Source: Flectonema sp. DT1601
Lineage: Eukaryota
NCBI GenBank assembly: GCA_964019425.1
Contig: OZ025785.1
Location: forward strand, 1,550,001 to 1,614,000
DNA length: 64,000 nucleotides
Reading direction: 5' to 3'
Shown here: positions 1 to 14,609 of the stretch, piece by piece
Numbering within the stretch: position 1 is the first letter of the stretch
Layout of the letters: every line of letters starts with the position of its first letter
Position numbers and translations under genes: made by a program
The notes under the pieces: model-generated
Database searches by the model: none
What the model was told of the DNA's origin: nothing
What the model saw: only the letters and a program-made list of their open reading frames with translations

Positions 1-2
1 CT

Positions 3-3000
3 GATATACCCGGAAATAATCAAGACGATGATACAACTGGTTTTCAAATCACACCACTAACTAATTTAAGAACAACTGAATTAGGTGGTACAGACTTCAT
101 AACCGTTACTTTAGAGAGTCAACCGATTGCTGACGTCACAATTCCGTTTAGTACTGACGACCCCAGTGAAGCAAGTGTGAGTCCAAGCTCTCTTGTGTTT
201 ACACCTACAACATGGCAAGATGCTCTTACAGTTACTGTGACTGGTGAGAATGATTTCGTTGATGATGATGATCAGTCTTATAATATCAGAGTTGGACCTT
301 TTGTGTCACTCGATCCTGGCTACGATGCTAACGCGGCTTTTGATATAACCGGCTGCCTTAATCAGGATGACGAAACTCGTGGTGTTACAACACAAGCGAC
401 TACTAATCCGATTGTTGTTACTGAAGGAGGTTCTAGAGAAACTTTTACAATAGTTCTGGACAGCCAACCGACTCATGACGTTATCGTTCCAATCACAGCG
501 AGAGATTTAACTGAAGCAACAGTCTCTCCAATCTCAGTCACTTTCAACACCGTTAATTGGAATGTCCCTCGAACTGTTACAGTCACTGGAGTGAATGACG
601 CACTAGCTGATGGAAATATCACTCACGGTATTGATATCGGACAGATTCAGAGTCAGGATGCTAAATATTTAAACTTTGATCCTCCACTTGATGTATCAGT
701 AATGACAACAGATGATGATGTTCCTGTGATCACAATCACTCCAACAACTGGATTATCAACTACTGAGGCTGGAGGAACAGTGACATTCACGATTTCTATT
801 AGCACCCAACCAGTTGGAACAGTTACCATTCCACTGTCTACTAGTAATGCAAACGAAGGTACTATTGCGGTGACTCAAGTCGCTTTTACTGCTGCTAACT
901 GGCAGGTTCCTCAAGGAGTTGCCGTGACTGGTGTTGACGACAGCATTGATGACGGAGACGTTGCCTACGACATCATAACTGGAATCGTTCAGGCTCCTGC
1001 AGACACAACATACGCAGGTACCAATCCAGATGATGTTACGATCACAAACACTGATGATGAACAATTCGGAATCACTGTATCTCCAAGAAATAATATTTAC
1101 ACAGAAGAGCAGAATGTTGTTAAAGGAGAATACACTGTTCGTCTTAACACTCAACCTCTTGACACTGTTAGGATCGCAATCGATAATTGTGTTACTGGTC
1201 AGAGTTCAGAAATAACAGTAACCCCATGTAGCCTTGAATTCACTACAGTAGATTGGGCAACAGAGAAGACAGTGACATTAGATGGTATTGATGATGATAT
1301 AGCAGATGGAGATCAAACTGTTATTATTCAGATGGCTAATGCTATAAGTGCTCTTGATCTTAACTATAATGGATTTGTTGTTGGAAGTGTATCAGCAATT
1401 AACAGAGACGATGATACTTTTGGTATCAATGTCGTACCTCCGACTGGTTCTACAGCTGAAACTGGAACTCAAGTCACTTTCACAGTCGCACTAAACTCTG
1501 AGCCAACTTCTAATGTTAGAATTCCAATTGGAAGTAGTCAAGTGGGTGAGCAGACTGTATCACCAACTCAGTTACTGTTCACTCCACTAGACTGGAGAAC
1601 ACCAAAGGTAGTCACAATTACAGGTGTTGATGATGCTATAGCAGACGGTTCTATTTCAAACCAAATTGAAATTATGCCAGCAGTCAGTATGGATACCAAC
1701 TACAACTCATTAGACGTACCTGATCTTACGGTTGTTAACACAGATGATGATGTTGCTGAGATTGTAGTCTCAAGGACGACAGGATCTGTGACTGAGGGAG
1801 GAGCTTTACAAACATTCACAATCGTATTGAGAACTGAACCAACTGCTGATGTAACAGTTAACATTCAATCAGATAATACAAATGAAGCCACAGTATCACC
1901 TGCTTCAATCGTATTCAATGCTGCCAACTGGGCTGTTGAAACAACAGTCACGGTGACTGCAGTCGATGATCAGATTCCAGAAGTACAGAAGTCAGTTGTG
2001 ATTAACTTAGGAAGAGGTATTTCAACTGATTCTCAGTACAGATTTATCGCAATAAATGATGTCACTGTTGATGTTATTGATGACGACAGAGCAGAGTTGA
2101 CTGTCACACCAACAGTTGGATTGACAACATCAGAGTTAGGAGACACAGCAGAGTTCAGTGTTGTTCTTACTGCTGCACCAACAGTTGATGTTATAGTTAA
2201 TATTCAAAGTACTGCTGTAACTGAAGGAACAGCAAATATAAACTCTCTCACATTCACAAGCGCTAACTACAACAGACCTCAGACTGTTACCGTAACTGGA
2301 GTCGATGATGTCATTGATGATGGTGATGTTGACTACAGAATCCAACTGACAGTTCAAACCTTTGATCCTAATTACAACACGATGGCTGTTACTGAAGTAA
2401 CTATCACAAATCAAGATAATGACGCAGCTGGTCTAACATTAGCACCGACGACTATTCAAACTTCAGAAGACGGAACATCCGATACCTTCACAGTTGTTCT
2501 TAACACTGAACCGATTGCTGATGTGACCGTAATAGTTGAAGTACCAGCAGCATCAAGTGGAGAAGCAAGTGTTTCAACATTGAGCCGGTCGCTGATATTT
2601 ACATCCAATAATTGGAATACTCCGCAAGTAGCGACCATCTCTGGAGAAGACGATTCCATTGCTGATGGCAATCAGATGTTTGATATCATCGTTCGAACTG
2701 AAACACTCAACCAGCCAGCCTACGATAATGTCAGATCATCAGTTCAAGGAACTAATCAAGATAATGATACTCCAGGAATTGTTGTAACTCCTCCTGCTAC
2801 GGGTGTTACTTTTTATGAAAATGCCATCGCTGGTCCGACTTCTTTCACGTTCAGTGTCGTTTTGGCATCGCAGCCAACTCATTCTGTCACCATTCCAATT
2901 ACTGCGTCCCCTGTCACTAGGGCACAAGTGCAAACTGTTGTAACTTTTAGTACAACTGACTGGAACATTCCCAAAAATGTAAATGTAGACGCTATCAACA

Positions 3001-6000
3001 ACGCAGTCTCAGATGGAAATGAATTCGTCAGTATCACTTTAGGAGGAGCTGTTTCTCAGGATAATTTATATTCAGGGTCAGCACCAGTCCCAGATGTTGT
3101 TCAGGGGCAGGTAGTCGACGATGATGTCGCAGCCATCAATGTAGCATACGCCACTGGTGTCAACCCTCCACTTGAAACCTTCGAACAAACTGGAACCGCT
3201 GGTAAGGAAATCTACGTCACACTTGCAACACAACCGAGATCTCCTGTCACAGTCGCTCTTACTAGTGATGTGGCGACAGAAGGAATTCCGAATATCGCGT
3301 CGTTGCGATTTACGTCAACAGACTACGCAGTCAGGAAAACAATCACTGTGACTGGTGTCGATGATGCTGTTGTTGATGGTGATGTAAATTACAACTTTCT
3401 CATTGGCCCTTCATCAAGTGCTGATGTCGCATATTCTGGTCTTGCAGCCGTCACAGTTGCCGCCGTGAATCGCGACAACGACAACGCTGAGTTAACAATC
3501 GACGCTGTTGCTCCGATGCAAACAACAGAAGACTTGGCAACTTACACCATTTCTGTGAGACTTGCTACTATGCCAACTGACAGCGTAGAAGTTTCTCTTT
3601 ACTCGACTGATACTACTGAAGGTACCGTCTCCCCTGACAGATTAAACTTCACTACAACGAACTGGGACAGACGCCAGCAGATCACCGTCACTGGTGTTGA
3701 TGACATTGACCGCGATGGAGACATTTCATACATCGTTCGATTAGAAGCCAGTACTAGTGACATGTACTACAGTGGAGTGTCAAGAGATGTTACTATTATT
3801 AACAGAGATAATGAAGTTCCTGGATTCACTGTTGATCCAATAAATGGTTTAGCAACTAGTGAGTGGGGTAATCAGGCTGAGTTTACTGTTGTCTTGAACA
3901 CGCGACCAACTGCAGATGTTCAGATTATGCCATCTACCAGCATGCCAACTGAGGGTATCGTAATGCCTACTTCGATGGTATTTTCAACTACTAACTGGAA
4001 CATACCTCGTACCTTTACTGTTGTTGGTGTTGATGATCCAAATGACGATGGTGACAAAACCTACGAAATTTCATTCGGTCAGCCAGTTACAGGTGACACT
4101 GAATACAGGAATTTGAGACCTAATTCTGTTTCAGTTAGTAACGTTGATGATGATCCGGACAGACCCCCAATGTGTGATTCGTTTGCACCACAAACACAAT
4201 GTATGTTGAGATTAGATGCTGCTTCTGTCAGGTGTGTTGGTTCTGCTTGTGATGCTGCTACTTGTTGTGTAAAGTGTGATACTTTCTCAACAACGGCCTG
4301 TCCATCACGTCAGCTTCGTGCTGACGCTGCGACAACAGACTGTCCTCAGTCAGGTTGTGATGCTATCAACTGCTGCGTTATCGCGCCACCTACTCCTGGT
4401 GTCAGTATGTGCTCTGACCACACTCCTTTCAACTGTCAGCTTCTATCAGATGCTCTAATCATTCAATGTCCTGCAACTGGATGTACAGATGAAGCTTGTT
4501 GTAAGAAGTGTTCTTCATTTGATCAGCAGCAATGTTCAGTAACGAACCTACTTAGGGTTAACGCTGCTGATATCACTTGCGGCTTTCAGGGTTGTGATGA
4601 AACGACCTGCTGCCGACCGAGTTTCTGTTTTGGTGTACTGTGCGCGCCTCAGGCTCAATGTCAAGATGTTGGACAGTGTGATAGTCAAACAGGTGTATGT
4701 AGTGTCGTATTACAACCTGATGGTACGTTCTGTGATGATAAAGATCCTCAAACAGATAGAGATGAATGCAGAGCGGGTACTTGCATTGGAGAGGGCAGGT
4801 GCACAAATGTTGTGTGCACTCCTCGCACTGCCTGCCACACAGCTGGTGTTTGCGACCCCCAAACAGGACTTTGCTCAGAAGATAAGAAAGCTGATGGTAC
4901 TCTTTGTAACGATGGTCTTCCGGAGACAACAAACGATAGATGCACTAACGGAGCCTGCACTGGAACGATTATGTGCAACGGTGTGAATTGCGTTGCACCG
5001 GAGCCTCAATGCAATACCGTCGGTTGTGGAAGTCAACATGGAACACAGAATATGGTAAACCAATGTATTGAATTACCAAAACCTGATTTAACTCCTTGTG
5101 ATGATAATCAAGTTGGAACATATGACGATAAGTGTCAGAGTGGAAGATGTGTTGGAATCAGTAGATGTTCATCAGTTCCATTCTGTCGTGCTAAGGATCA
5201 ATGTCATGGTGTTGGTGAATGTCATGAATCGAATGGTGAATGTACAACACCAGTTCTTCCTGATGGAACTTCTTGTGATGATGGAGACACAACTACACAC
5301 AAAGATCAATGTTATCAGGGTACCTGTTTGGGAATGTTAAAGTGTCTTGGTGTTACTTGTGTTGCTTCAGACCAATGTCACCTTTCTGGAATCTGTGATC
5401 CCTCAACAGGTCTTTGCAGTGATCCTGTTTCGACATCTGGTCAGAACTGTAATGATGGCGACACGTTTACAACAAATGATAAGTGTGACGGATTAGGAAA
5501 CTGTGTTGGCGAGCTATCATGTGGTCCATGTCAACCTTCAGAGAGACAATGTCACATCGCGAGATGTGATAATTTAAACACTTGCACTGAAGTCATTCGA
5601 CCAAACGGAGTCCGTTGTAATGACGGAAACATTGAATCTTTCAACGATCGGTGTGTTAATGGTAATTGTAGAGGAACTCTCTTATGTGATGGAGTAACTT
5701 GCCAAACAGATCAATGTCATGAAGTTGGTGTTTGTGACCCGGCAACAGGTACCTGCAGTAATCCTGTAAGAGTTGACAACACGAAGTGTGACGACGGTAT
5801 TGACTCAACGAGAGATGATGTTTGTATTTCAGGTATCTGTATGGGTATTAATAAATGTCTTGGAGTCACTTGTCCATCCAGCGGTCCGTGCAGAAGTGTT
5901 GGGGACTGCGTTCCTGCTACAGGACTCTGTACTGACCCGATGATTAGAGATGGTACTCCTTGTGATGATAATGACGACACAACAGTAGATGTTTGTATTC

Positions 6001-9000
6001 AGGGTGTCTGCATTGGTTCAGTCCAATGCGGTGGAGTCACATGCACCGCTACTGAACCGCAATGCAGACGCAGCTATTGCACTTCAGGTGATCGTTGCGC
6101 AGAAGTAAAGAGAACAGATGGCACTACTTGTAATGATAACAACGTCAACACATTTGATGATAAATGTGTTGCTGGGAATTGCATTGGTGTCGACAGATGT
6201 ACTGGAATCGTTTGCAGCGTTCAAAACCAATGTCGTGTTGTGGGAAGCTGCGATGCGACAACTGGACTCTGCAGCGAAGGTCTTCCAAAACCAGACGGAA
6301 CACCTTGCGATGATGGAGACTTAAGGAGTCTGAACGATCGCTGTACGGGAGGCGTTTGTAGTGGGAAGCCAATCTGTGAAACGATCACTTGTCCATCAAA
6401 TGATCAATGTCATGAGGCTGGTAGTTGTAACCCAGGAACAGGTCTTTGTGAATATCCATCTCGTGCTGACGGGACCAGTTGTAATGATGGGAACTTTGAA
6501 ACAACATCAGACCATTGTGAAGCAGGTGCTTGTGTTGGAAGTCTTGCTTGTGGAACAATAACATGTCAATCACTTAACCCGCAATGTATGACTTCTATTT
6601 GTAATGGAAATGTTTGTCAAGAGATTGCTAAGCCAGACGAAACCTTCTGCAACGACGCCAACAGCAGCACCTACAAAGACGTCTGTCGAAGAGGTAACTG
6701 TGTTGGTCTAGACCGCTGCTCTAACGTGAGATGTGTTCCGGTTGATCAATGTCACGATGCAGGTGTTTGTCATCCTTTGACTGGTATTTGTAGTACTCCA
6801 ATGTCACCAGATGGAGTTTCTTGTAATGATGGATTATCAACAACAGTTGATGATAAATGTATTAATGGTGTCTGTATTGGTACCGATAAGTGTGAAAGTG
6901 TTGTCTGTAGAACATCACTCTGCCTTGCAGCTGGAGTATGCAATCCACAGACTGGAGTGTGCAGCAACCCACCAGAACCGGACGGCAAGATTTGTGACGA
7001 CGGGGATGGAGCTACAACCGAATCCACTTGTCAGTCAGGAGCGTGTGTTGGAAAACTTCCTTGTGGAGGAAATACGTGTATGGCTCAAGACCCGCAATGT
7101 CACTTTCCAACATGTGAGGCCGGAAACACTTGTAAAGATTTACCAAAACCAGATAATTCTCCCTGCAATGATGGCCTCTCTACCACAGCTGACGACGTCT
7201 GCACAAGCGGTATCTGTTCCGGTATTAATAAATGCGCGCAAGTGACCTGCCCATCGAAAGAACAATGTTTTGAAGTTGGTGTTTGTGATCCAACAACTGG
7301 ACAATGTTACAGACCAACACTACCTGATGGTACTCCATGTGATGATGGTATTGATACAACTATTGATGATATTTGTAATAATGGTGTTTGTGTTGGAAGA
7401 GGAAGATGTGAAGGAGTTGTCTGTAGAGCATCAGACCAGTGCCATGAACAAGGGACCTGCGATCCATCAACAGGACTCTGTCAGGATCTTGAAAAGCCTG
7501 GTGGATTCCCATGTGATGATGGTAATGTCGACACAACAGGTGATAGATGTATCGGAGGTATCTGTCAAGGAAGTACTACTTGTGGTGGAACAACCTGCAC
7601 TCCATCAAACCCGGAGTGCAACACTGCAATCTGTTCGGCTAGCCTCTGCTCTCAAAGACAAGTTGCTGATGGAATGTCCTGCAATGATGGAACTCCAGAA
7701 ACTTTTAATGACAAATGTACTGCAGGTGTGTGTGCAGGTACCAACAAGTGTGACGGAGTAATTTGCACAACGAGAGGCTTATCAACGTGTGCGCTTCCTG
7801 GTGTCTGTGAACCAGCTACGGGAAAGTGCACTAGTCCACTGAGACCTGATGGAACTCCATGTGATGATCTCGATGCCACTACTGCTAGCGATAAATGCAT
7901 CGGAGGTATCTGTGTCGGCAGCAATAGATGCGCTCAAATAGTTTGTCAACGTTCTGATCAATGTCACGAGGTTGGTGTTTGTGATTACTCAAGTGGTATC
8001 TGCACAGATCCACTTAAAGCAAACGGAATCCCTTGCGATGATGGAAACGATGATTCAATTAATGATCAGTGTATTGCTGGGGCTTGTGTTGGAACTGTTG
8101 TTTGTGACAACAGACCATTACCATGTACAGTAACAGACAGTCAATGTATGGAAGCAAAGTGTGACCAGGGAAATACTTGTGTTGAAATAAAGAAAAGGAA
8201 TGGATTGGCTTGCAATGACAATAACGAGGCAACCACCGAAGACCGTTGCCAAAATGGAGTCTGTGTTGGAGTTGGTAAGTGCACAGGGAAAGTATGTAAC
8301 GAAGGAACTTGCAACCTGGTTGGCAACTGCGATCCAATTTCGGGAGAATGTTCGAAGCCTCCTAAACCTGAAGGAACCCTTTGTGATGATTCCAATTCTC
8401 TAACAGTAAGAGATCAATGTGTTGCTGGAACTTGTATTGGTACCCGAAGGTGTGATGGTGTTATTTGTGATCCTAAGACCGATTGTCGTGGTGCAGGAAC
8501 TTGCAATGAAAACACTGGAGTTTGTAGATACATTCACGTTCCGGATGGTTCCATTTGTAACGACAGAAACTCTGCAACGATTGATGATAAGTGCAGCCAG
8601 GGTGTATGTGCAGGAAAGGTGCCTTGCAATGGTAAAACTTGCGTTGCGAGTGACCCACAATGTGGAATCCCAGTTTGTGACGCCGACACATGTAGTGAAC
8701 TAACACGCGCTGATCAAACACCCTGCAATGACAACAATGAATTCACATTTGATGACAGTTGTCAGATGGGTGCCTGTGTCGGAATTCTTAAATGTGATGG
8801 GATTACTTGTTCCGCGATTGATAGTTGTCACAATGTTGGAGTTTGTGATCCTGCGACAGGAACTTGTGACACACCAATCAAACCTGAGCGAACTGATTGT
8901 GATGATAACAATCCTCTTACTCAAACATCAGAGTGTAGGTCAGGAGTATGTGTCAACACTGATAAGTGTGTTGGAAAGACTTGCTCATCAATGGGAGAGT

Positions 9001-12000
9001 GTTATAATGTTGGTATTTGTGATCCGCAAACAGGAGAGTGTAACAACCCCGCAAAGACTGATGGTTCACTATGTGATGACAGAGATAGCTCAACTCACAG
9101 TGATGTCTGTAAGGCCGGAACGTGTGTTGGAGTCTCGAGATGTTTATTACAATCTTGTGATGCGAGTGACAACTGTCACTTGGCAGGTGTGTGCGATCCT
9201 GCGACTGGTTTGTGTTCTGATCCAATAAAACCTGATGGAAGTATTTGTGATGATAATAATCCTCTCACACTTACTTCACAATGTTCAGCAGGTAGTTGTA
9301 TTGGAGCAGGACAATGTGGTGGTACTAGATGTATAACATCAGAGCCTCAGTGTAAGATGGCCACTTGCCAGGGAAATGTTTGCGTTGAGTCCAACAGACC
9401 TGACAGCACAACTTGCAATGACGGAGACGCAACTACATTTGGAGATAAGTGTCAGCGGGGTATCTGTTCTGGAACCTCTAACTGTGCTTCAAAGACATGT
9501 CCGGGATCGCAATGTACCGATCAGGGAGTTTGTGACGCAGCAACAGGAAATTGCCAAACAACTCCAAAGGTTGATGGAATTACTTGTGATGACGGAGATG
9601 CTAACACTGTAGATGATAAATGTCAGGCAGGTATTTGTGTTGGATTATTGAAGTGTACAGGAGTTACCTGTACGGCATCTGATGCTTGTCATGATATTGG
9701 AGCCTGTGATCCGAACACAGGTATCTGTACAGATCCTCCAAAGGGCGAAGGATCTATTTGCGATGATGGAAACACCGACACCACTGATGATCGATGCCGT
9801 AACGCTGTATGTGTTGGTATCATTCAGTGTGGTAATACTATTTGTGACACGTCGAATAGTCAATGTGTTATTACTCGATGTGTTGGTAATCAATGTCTAA
9901 CTACTAATGTTGCTGACAGCACTCCTTGTAATGATGGTAACACTGTCAGCTTTCCCGACACATGTAAATCTGGTGTCTGTTCAGGAACAGAATTATGTGC
10001 TGCTGTTGTATGTCAATCGAGTGGTGTTTGTCGAGTAGCTGGAGTTTGTGAACCGCTCACTGGCAAATGCAGCAACCCAGCCGCCAACGACGGTACAACC
10101 TGCAGTGATGGAAACCCTAATACGTTAGATGATAAGTGTGTTGCAGGAGTTTGCATTGGATCTGATAAGTGTCAGGATGTCACTTGTACTGCGAGTGACT
10201 CTTGTCACGGAGTAGGAACTTGCAATCCATCGACTGGTTTGTGTAGCGATCCACTTCTTGCATCTAGCACGCGTTGTGATGATGGTGATGCGCAAACTAT
10301 GAATGACGTTTGTGGAAGTGGATCATGCTCTGGATCGGTTGTTTGTGGAAACGGAAGGCAGTGTGACAGTCCTGGTGCGTGTAAAGCAGCTGCTTGCTCA
10401 GGAAACAACTGCAGTCCGCGTAACATCGCTGATGGAACTCCCTGCAATGACAACAACGTCCTCACTGAAAATGATGTCTGCAAGGAAGGTGTTTGTGTTG
10501 GAGTTAACCCTTGTGCAGGAACAGTTTGCAAAGCTAGCGGACAATGTTACCTCCCTGGAACTTGCAACCCACGATCGGGACAATGCGATCAGCTCGCAAT
10601 GGTAGACGGAACTACTTGTGACGACGGAAATGCAGAAACATCAAATGACCAATGTGTTGGTGGGGTCTGTAATGGAGTACTAAAGTGTACTGGGATCGTG
10701 TGTCCAGTAAGTGATGACTGTCACGATCAAGGTGTTTGTGATCCAAGAACAGGTTTGTGTCAGGACCCCCTCAAGGCCTCTGGAACAACGTGTGATGACG
10801 GCAATCCATCAACAGTTGACGATAGGTGTGTTAATGGAATATGCACTGGTCATATTCTGTGCCCAAGTACGAATGGTATGAAATGTATTCCATCTGTACC
10901 ACAATGTATGATTGCTCAATGTAGTGGTGACACTTGTACTGAAAGTAATCGCGCTAACGGTATCTCCTGCAATGACAACAACCCAGCAACCTTTGGTGAT
11001 ACTTGTCAGGATGGCCAATGTGTTGGTGTTGATAGGTGTGCAAATGCCAACTGTCAGCCTCTCACTTCATGCCACTCAACCGGCTACTGCGAATCATCGA
11101 CAGGGAAGTGTACCAACCCACTCAGAGCTGACGGATCGTTGTGTGACGACAAGAATCCAGCAACGACTGGTGATAAGTGTGCAGCGGGAGTTTGTTTTGG
11201 AGTTGATAGATGTTTGCACAAAGTATGCACAGCATCGGACAGCTGTCACTTTGCCGGAGCTTGCGACCCGCAGACTGGTTTATGTTCAGACCCTGCAGTA
11301 GCTGGAGGAACGGCATGCGACGATGGAAATCCGCTCACTGAAAATGATCGCTGCGTCGCTGGTGTTTGTTCCGGAACCTTGAACTGCGGTGGAGCATCGT
11401 TCTGTACAGTCCCAGAACCAGCTTGCATGATGCCGATTTGTAGGGGATCTACTTGTGCTTCGGCAAACAAACCTGACGGCTCTTCCTGCAATGATGGAAA
11501 GCTATCCACTCGTGATGATGTCTGTGTGTCTGGAGTTTGTGTTGGAGTTGAGAAATGCTTCGGCGTCGTTTGCAGAGCTGCAGACCAGTGCCATAACCAC
11601 GGAGAGTGTAATGCGAATACTGGTGAGTGTACTAACCCACCTCAAGCTGATGGAACATCTTGTGATGCAGGAAATCCAACTGTAACTGCTCAGTGCATGC
11701 AAGGAGCATGTCAGACTGGTAACAAGTGTGCTGGTGTTGTTTGTGTTGCATCTGATAATTGTCATGATGTTGGATTTTGTCATCAGACAACAGGTATTTG
11801 TACCGACCCTCCGAAACCAGATGATGTAACTTGTAATGACATGGACGTCAGAACCACAGGTGATGTTTGTTTAAGAGGTGTTTGTGTTGGTGTACTAATG
11901 TGTAACAGATCACCTTGTATTGTTTCAGAGCCATCCTGCATGTCTGCTGATTGCAGCTTTGGTTCCTGTCGGGAAATCGCAAAGCCTGATGGAACCCCAT

Positions 12001-14609
12001 GTAATGATGGAGAAGTAACAACACTTGGTGATGCTTGTGTTATGGGTAAATGTATAGGTACTGACTTGTGTAAGTCAGTTACTTGTACTGCAAAAGATCA
12101 ATGTCATCACGCTGGACAATGTGAACCAAAAACTGGAAAGTGCACAACACCACTAAAAACTGACGGAGTAATCTGTGATGATGGATTACTTACTACGAAG
12201 GACGACACTTGCAAGTATGTTTTGTAACTGTTTCAACCCCAATATTTTATTTCTTTTTTTTTTCAGAAGAAAATAATAAAACACAGCAACGGTCTATGTC
12301 GAGGAGTTCCAAAGTGTCAAGGAGTTACCTGCCAGCAGGGAAGCTGTTACTCTGTTGGAGTTTGTACCCCAGAAACAGGAGAGTGCAGTTCTACACCATT
12401 CTCTGATGGCTCATCATGTAACGATAGAAATCCTGAATCTGAACAAGATCGCTGTTCTTCTGGAGTATGTCTAGGAGCTGTTCGTAAACAGTGCGATACC
12501 TTCACAGGTACCTGTAAACTCAGAGAGGATGCCAGCACTACGGATTGCGACCTTTGGGGAGTGTATGTCTTTTGTTTAATGTTTTGAAGTACCTGATCGG
12601 TACTACGTAATATTTTCTTTATAATTATCATTTTAACGAATACCAAAAACAGCTGCACTGCTGAGCTTTGCTGCGAAAGACAAGTTTGTCAAGTCTTTGA
12701 TATTAATTGTTTTAATCCTAATCCTGAGAGAGCATCAATTCAATGTCCAGTTGCAGGTTGTGACGAAAGGACTTGCTGTGGTACGTGTGAAACTAACTTC
12801 GACATTACGACTTGCCCTACAAGAGAAGTAATGACAAATGTAGTGTGCATTCCATGCAATGTAACAACGTGTTGTCTTGAAGGAGATCCAATGCCTTTAA
12901 AGGTGGCGATTGAAGTTACCGGTAGTGGTACGCGTGCTACGGGGGACCAAGCAGCACTCGCATTCTCTTCTATTCTTAAAATACCTCTTGCAGCCATTAG
13001 TAACATCCAAGTCACGGGGAGCAGAAATTCAACAACTCGAATCAACTTCATTGTCACTCGTTCTTCTAGAGATGCTTCTGGTAGCCTTCGCAACCCGAGC
13101 GCGTTTTCCGAAGCTTGGCAAACCGATGCTCTTCGTGACTTGCGAGAAACCAACAGCACATTTAAATTCAACGGTTTGAATGTTAATGATTTAGTTGTTC
13201 ACCCAGCCAATACTGCTTTCCCAAGACTTTGCTCTGGAGCCAGAGACCCAAGCACTGTGATTTGCTCTTCTACCACACAATACGGATGTAATTTAAGAGA
13301 AACATGTCAGGTAGGACACACTCCTTGTTGTTGTGATACTGATGGTTCTTGTGATGATGGAAGTGATAGCATCTGTTGTGTTCCTTACGGCAAGTGTCCG
13401 GCTACTACTGAAGTTCGAACACCTGTGTGTATTGCGAATGGTGTTGAAGCATGTAAAGGTTCAACTTGTCAGAGACCAGAAGATGAAGCCTGTCATTGTT
13501 GTGAGGGTTTCGATTGCACTTCGACGAATGAGAGAATCTGTTGTGTTGCAACGAAAGTTGACGAGTGTGTAGAGCGCTGTCCAACATGTGAGACTTCTAA
13601 CTCAAAGGGTGCAGTCTGCAGTAGCGCAACGAGTGGACAGCAGATATGTGTTGATCCGAATGACCGAGTCTTGTCTAACTGGATTTGTAAATGTGTTCCA
13701 CCATACACAGGAAACTCTACTATTGGAAAGGCAGCAACTTGTACGCTCCTACCTCAGAAGCAGGAGGACACTGATATCGTAGTCACAACTACAGAGGAAG
13801 ACACTGATAAACTGCGCGGCATAATTGCTGCTGAGTTAAAGGCACCACTAAAAGATGTTATTGTGTACTTCGAATCCGGAAAGCTTCGCGTGAAATTAGC
13901 GACTTCAGCAATGAGATCGGCATTTCTTCAGAAGACCAATTGCTGTGATCAGAGTTGCATAGATACTCGACAGTTCTGTAAGGATTTGGGATATAATTCA
14001 CTCGCAACTGAATCAATGGAATGTGTTGCTTTAACTAACAGTGTGTCCTGTTCTAAGAAGACAGGATGTTCCTTTTCAACTTCTGGCTGTGCTGCAGCAG
14101 CACAAGCTCCAGGACCAACTACAATAACACCAAGTCCTAACGACGATGATTCATTTCCTCTCTGGGCAATATTTGTGATTGTTGCTGCTGTTTTGCTTTG
14201 TGCTATGTTAGTCTTTTGTCTTTCGAGGAAGAACAAGAAGCCGATTCCAGAAGACAACTTTGTCCGTCACGAGAGGAACGAATTTGAAAAGAAAAGCATT
14301 GCGAGCTCTTCAGAAAGTGCTCTTCTACAAGATGCAAACTTTGATCAACCTCCAGTTACTAACTACCAACAAGTTTATGAGTCTCCGCATAATGAAATTC
14401 AACTCGATGAGGTTCCTCCTATGACTCAGACTCCTCCCCCAATCGCAAATAGAAGTTCTCTTTCGCGTCCTCCAGGACCACCTCTCGGTAGAGGAAATCC
14501 TTTATACAGTAATCATGACTTGGACATGACGAGTTCATCACCTTCTCGAACTTCTTGGGTTTATAAGCCTGGTCAGTCTACCTCAAGTATTCGTCACTTG
14601 CCTGTGTAG
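3..14609 (+). CDS. Giant single-pass cell-surface/adhesin-like protein (5'-partial, >4,800 aa): Calx-beta/cadherin-like repeats, 45 Cys-rich repeats, TM helix, Pro/Ser-rich tail. Exons <3..12214, 12287..12562, 12653..14609
   Basis: Frame is open from position 3, so the start lies upstream of the window. Splicing two GTATGT..ACAG introns joins ORF 177..12227 to ORF 12831..14609 and restores the repeat text (DDTCNNGLCRG; CDLWGVCTAELCC). Hydrophobic FPLWAIFVIVAAVLLCAMLVFCL followed by RKNKK at about 14154-14240. Confidence 0.9.
25..4155 (+). repeat. About 12 tandem ~114-aa Calx-beta-like beta-sandwich repeats (coding)
   Basis: Recurring motifs FTxxNWxxPxTVTVTGVDDxxxDGD and terminal D(D/N)D about every 345 nt. 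Confidence 0.8.
4627..12480 (+). repeat. 45 tandem ~58-aa, 8-Cys repeats in an A-A-B higher-order pattern (coding)
   Basis: Shared core DGxxC(D/N)DGxxxTxxDxCxxGxCxG. Counted 31 A units (..DQCHxxGxCDPxTGxC..) and 14 B units (..PQCxxxxC..CxE..). Confidence 0.9.
12215..12286 (+). other. Spliceosomal intron, 72 nt
   Basis: GTATGT...AAATAATAAAACACAG. Removal restores the Cys repeat; the intron contains an in-frame stop. Confidence 0.9.
12563..12652 (+). other. Spliceosomal intron, 90 nt
   Basis: GTATGT...ACCAAAAACAG. Removal restores the frame into ORF 12831; in-frame TGA inside. Confidence 0.88.

Noticed and set aside
177..12227. ORF track start (177) and stop (12227) as gene limits
   Set aside because: The frame is open from position 3 and the stop lies inside an intron.
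12246..12266. Polypyrimidine-AG as the acceptor of intron 1
   Set aside because: It gives AAA AGA AAA TAA, an immediate stop; the AG at 12286 restores the repeat.
756..14257. Many short alternative-frame and antisense ORFs within the giant gene
   Set aside because: Shadows of a repetitive coding sequence, with no motifs.
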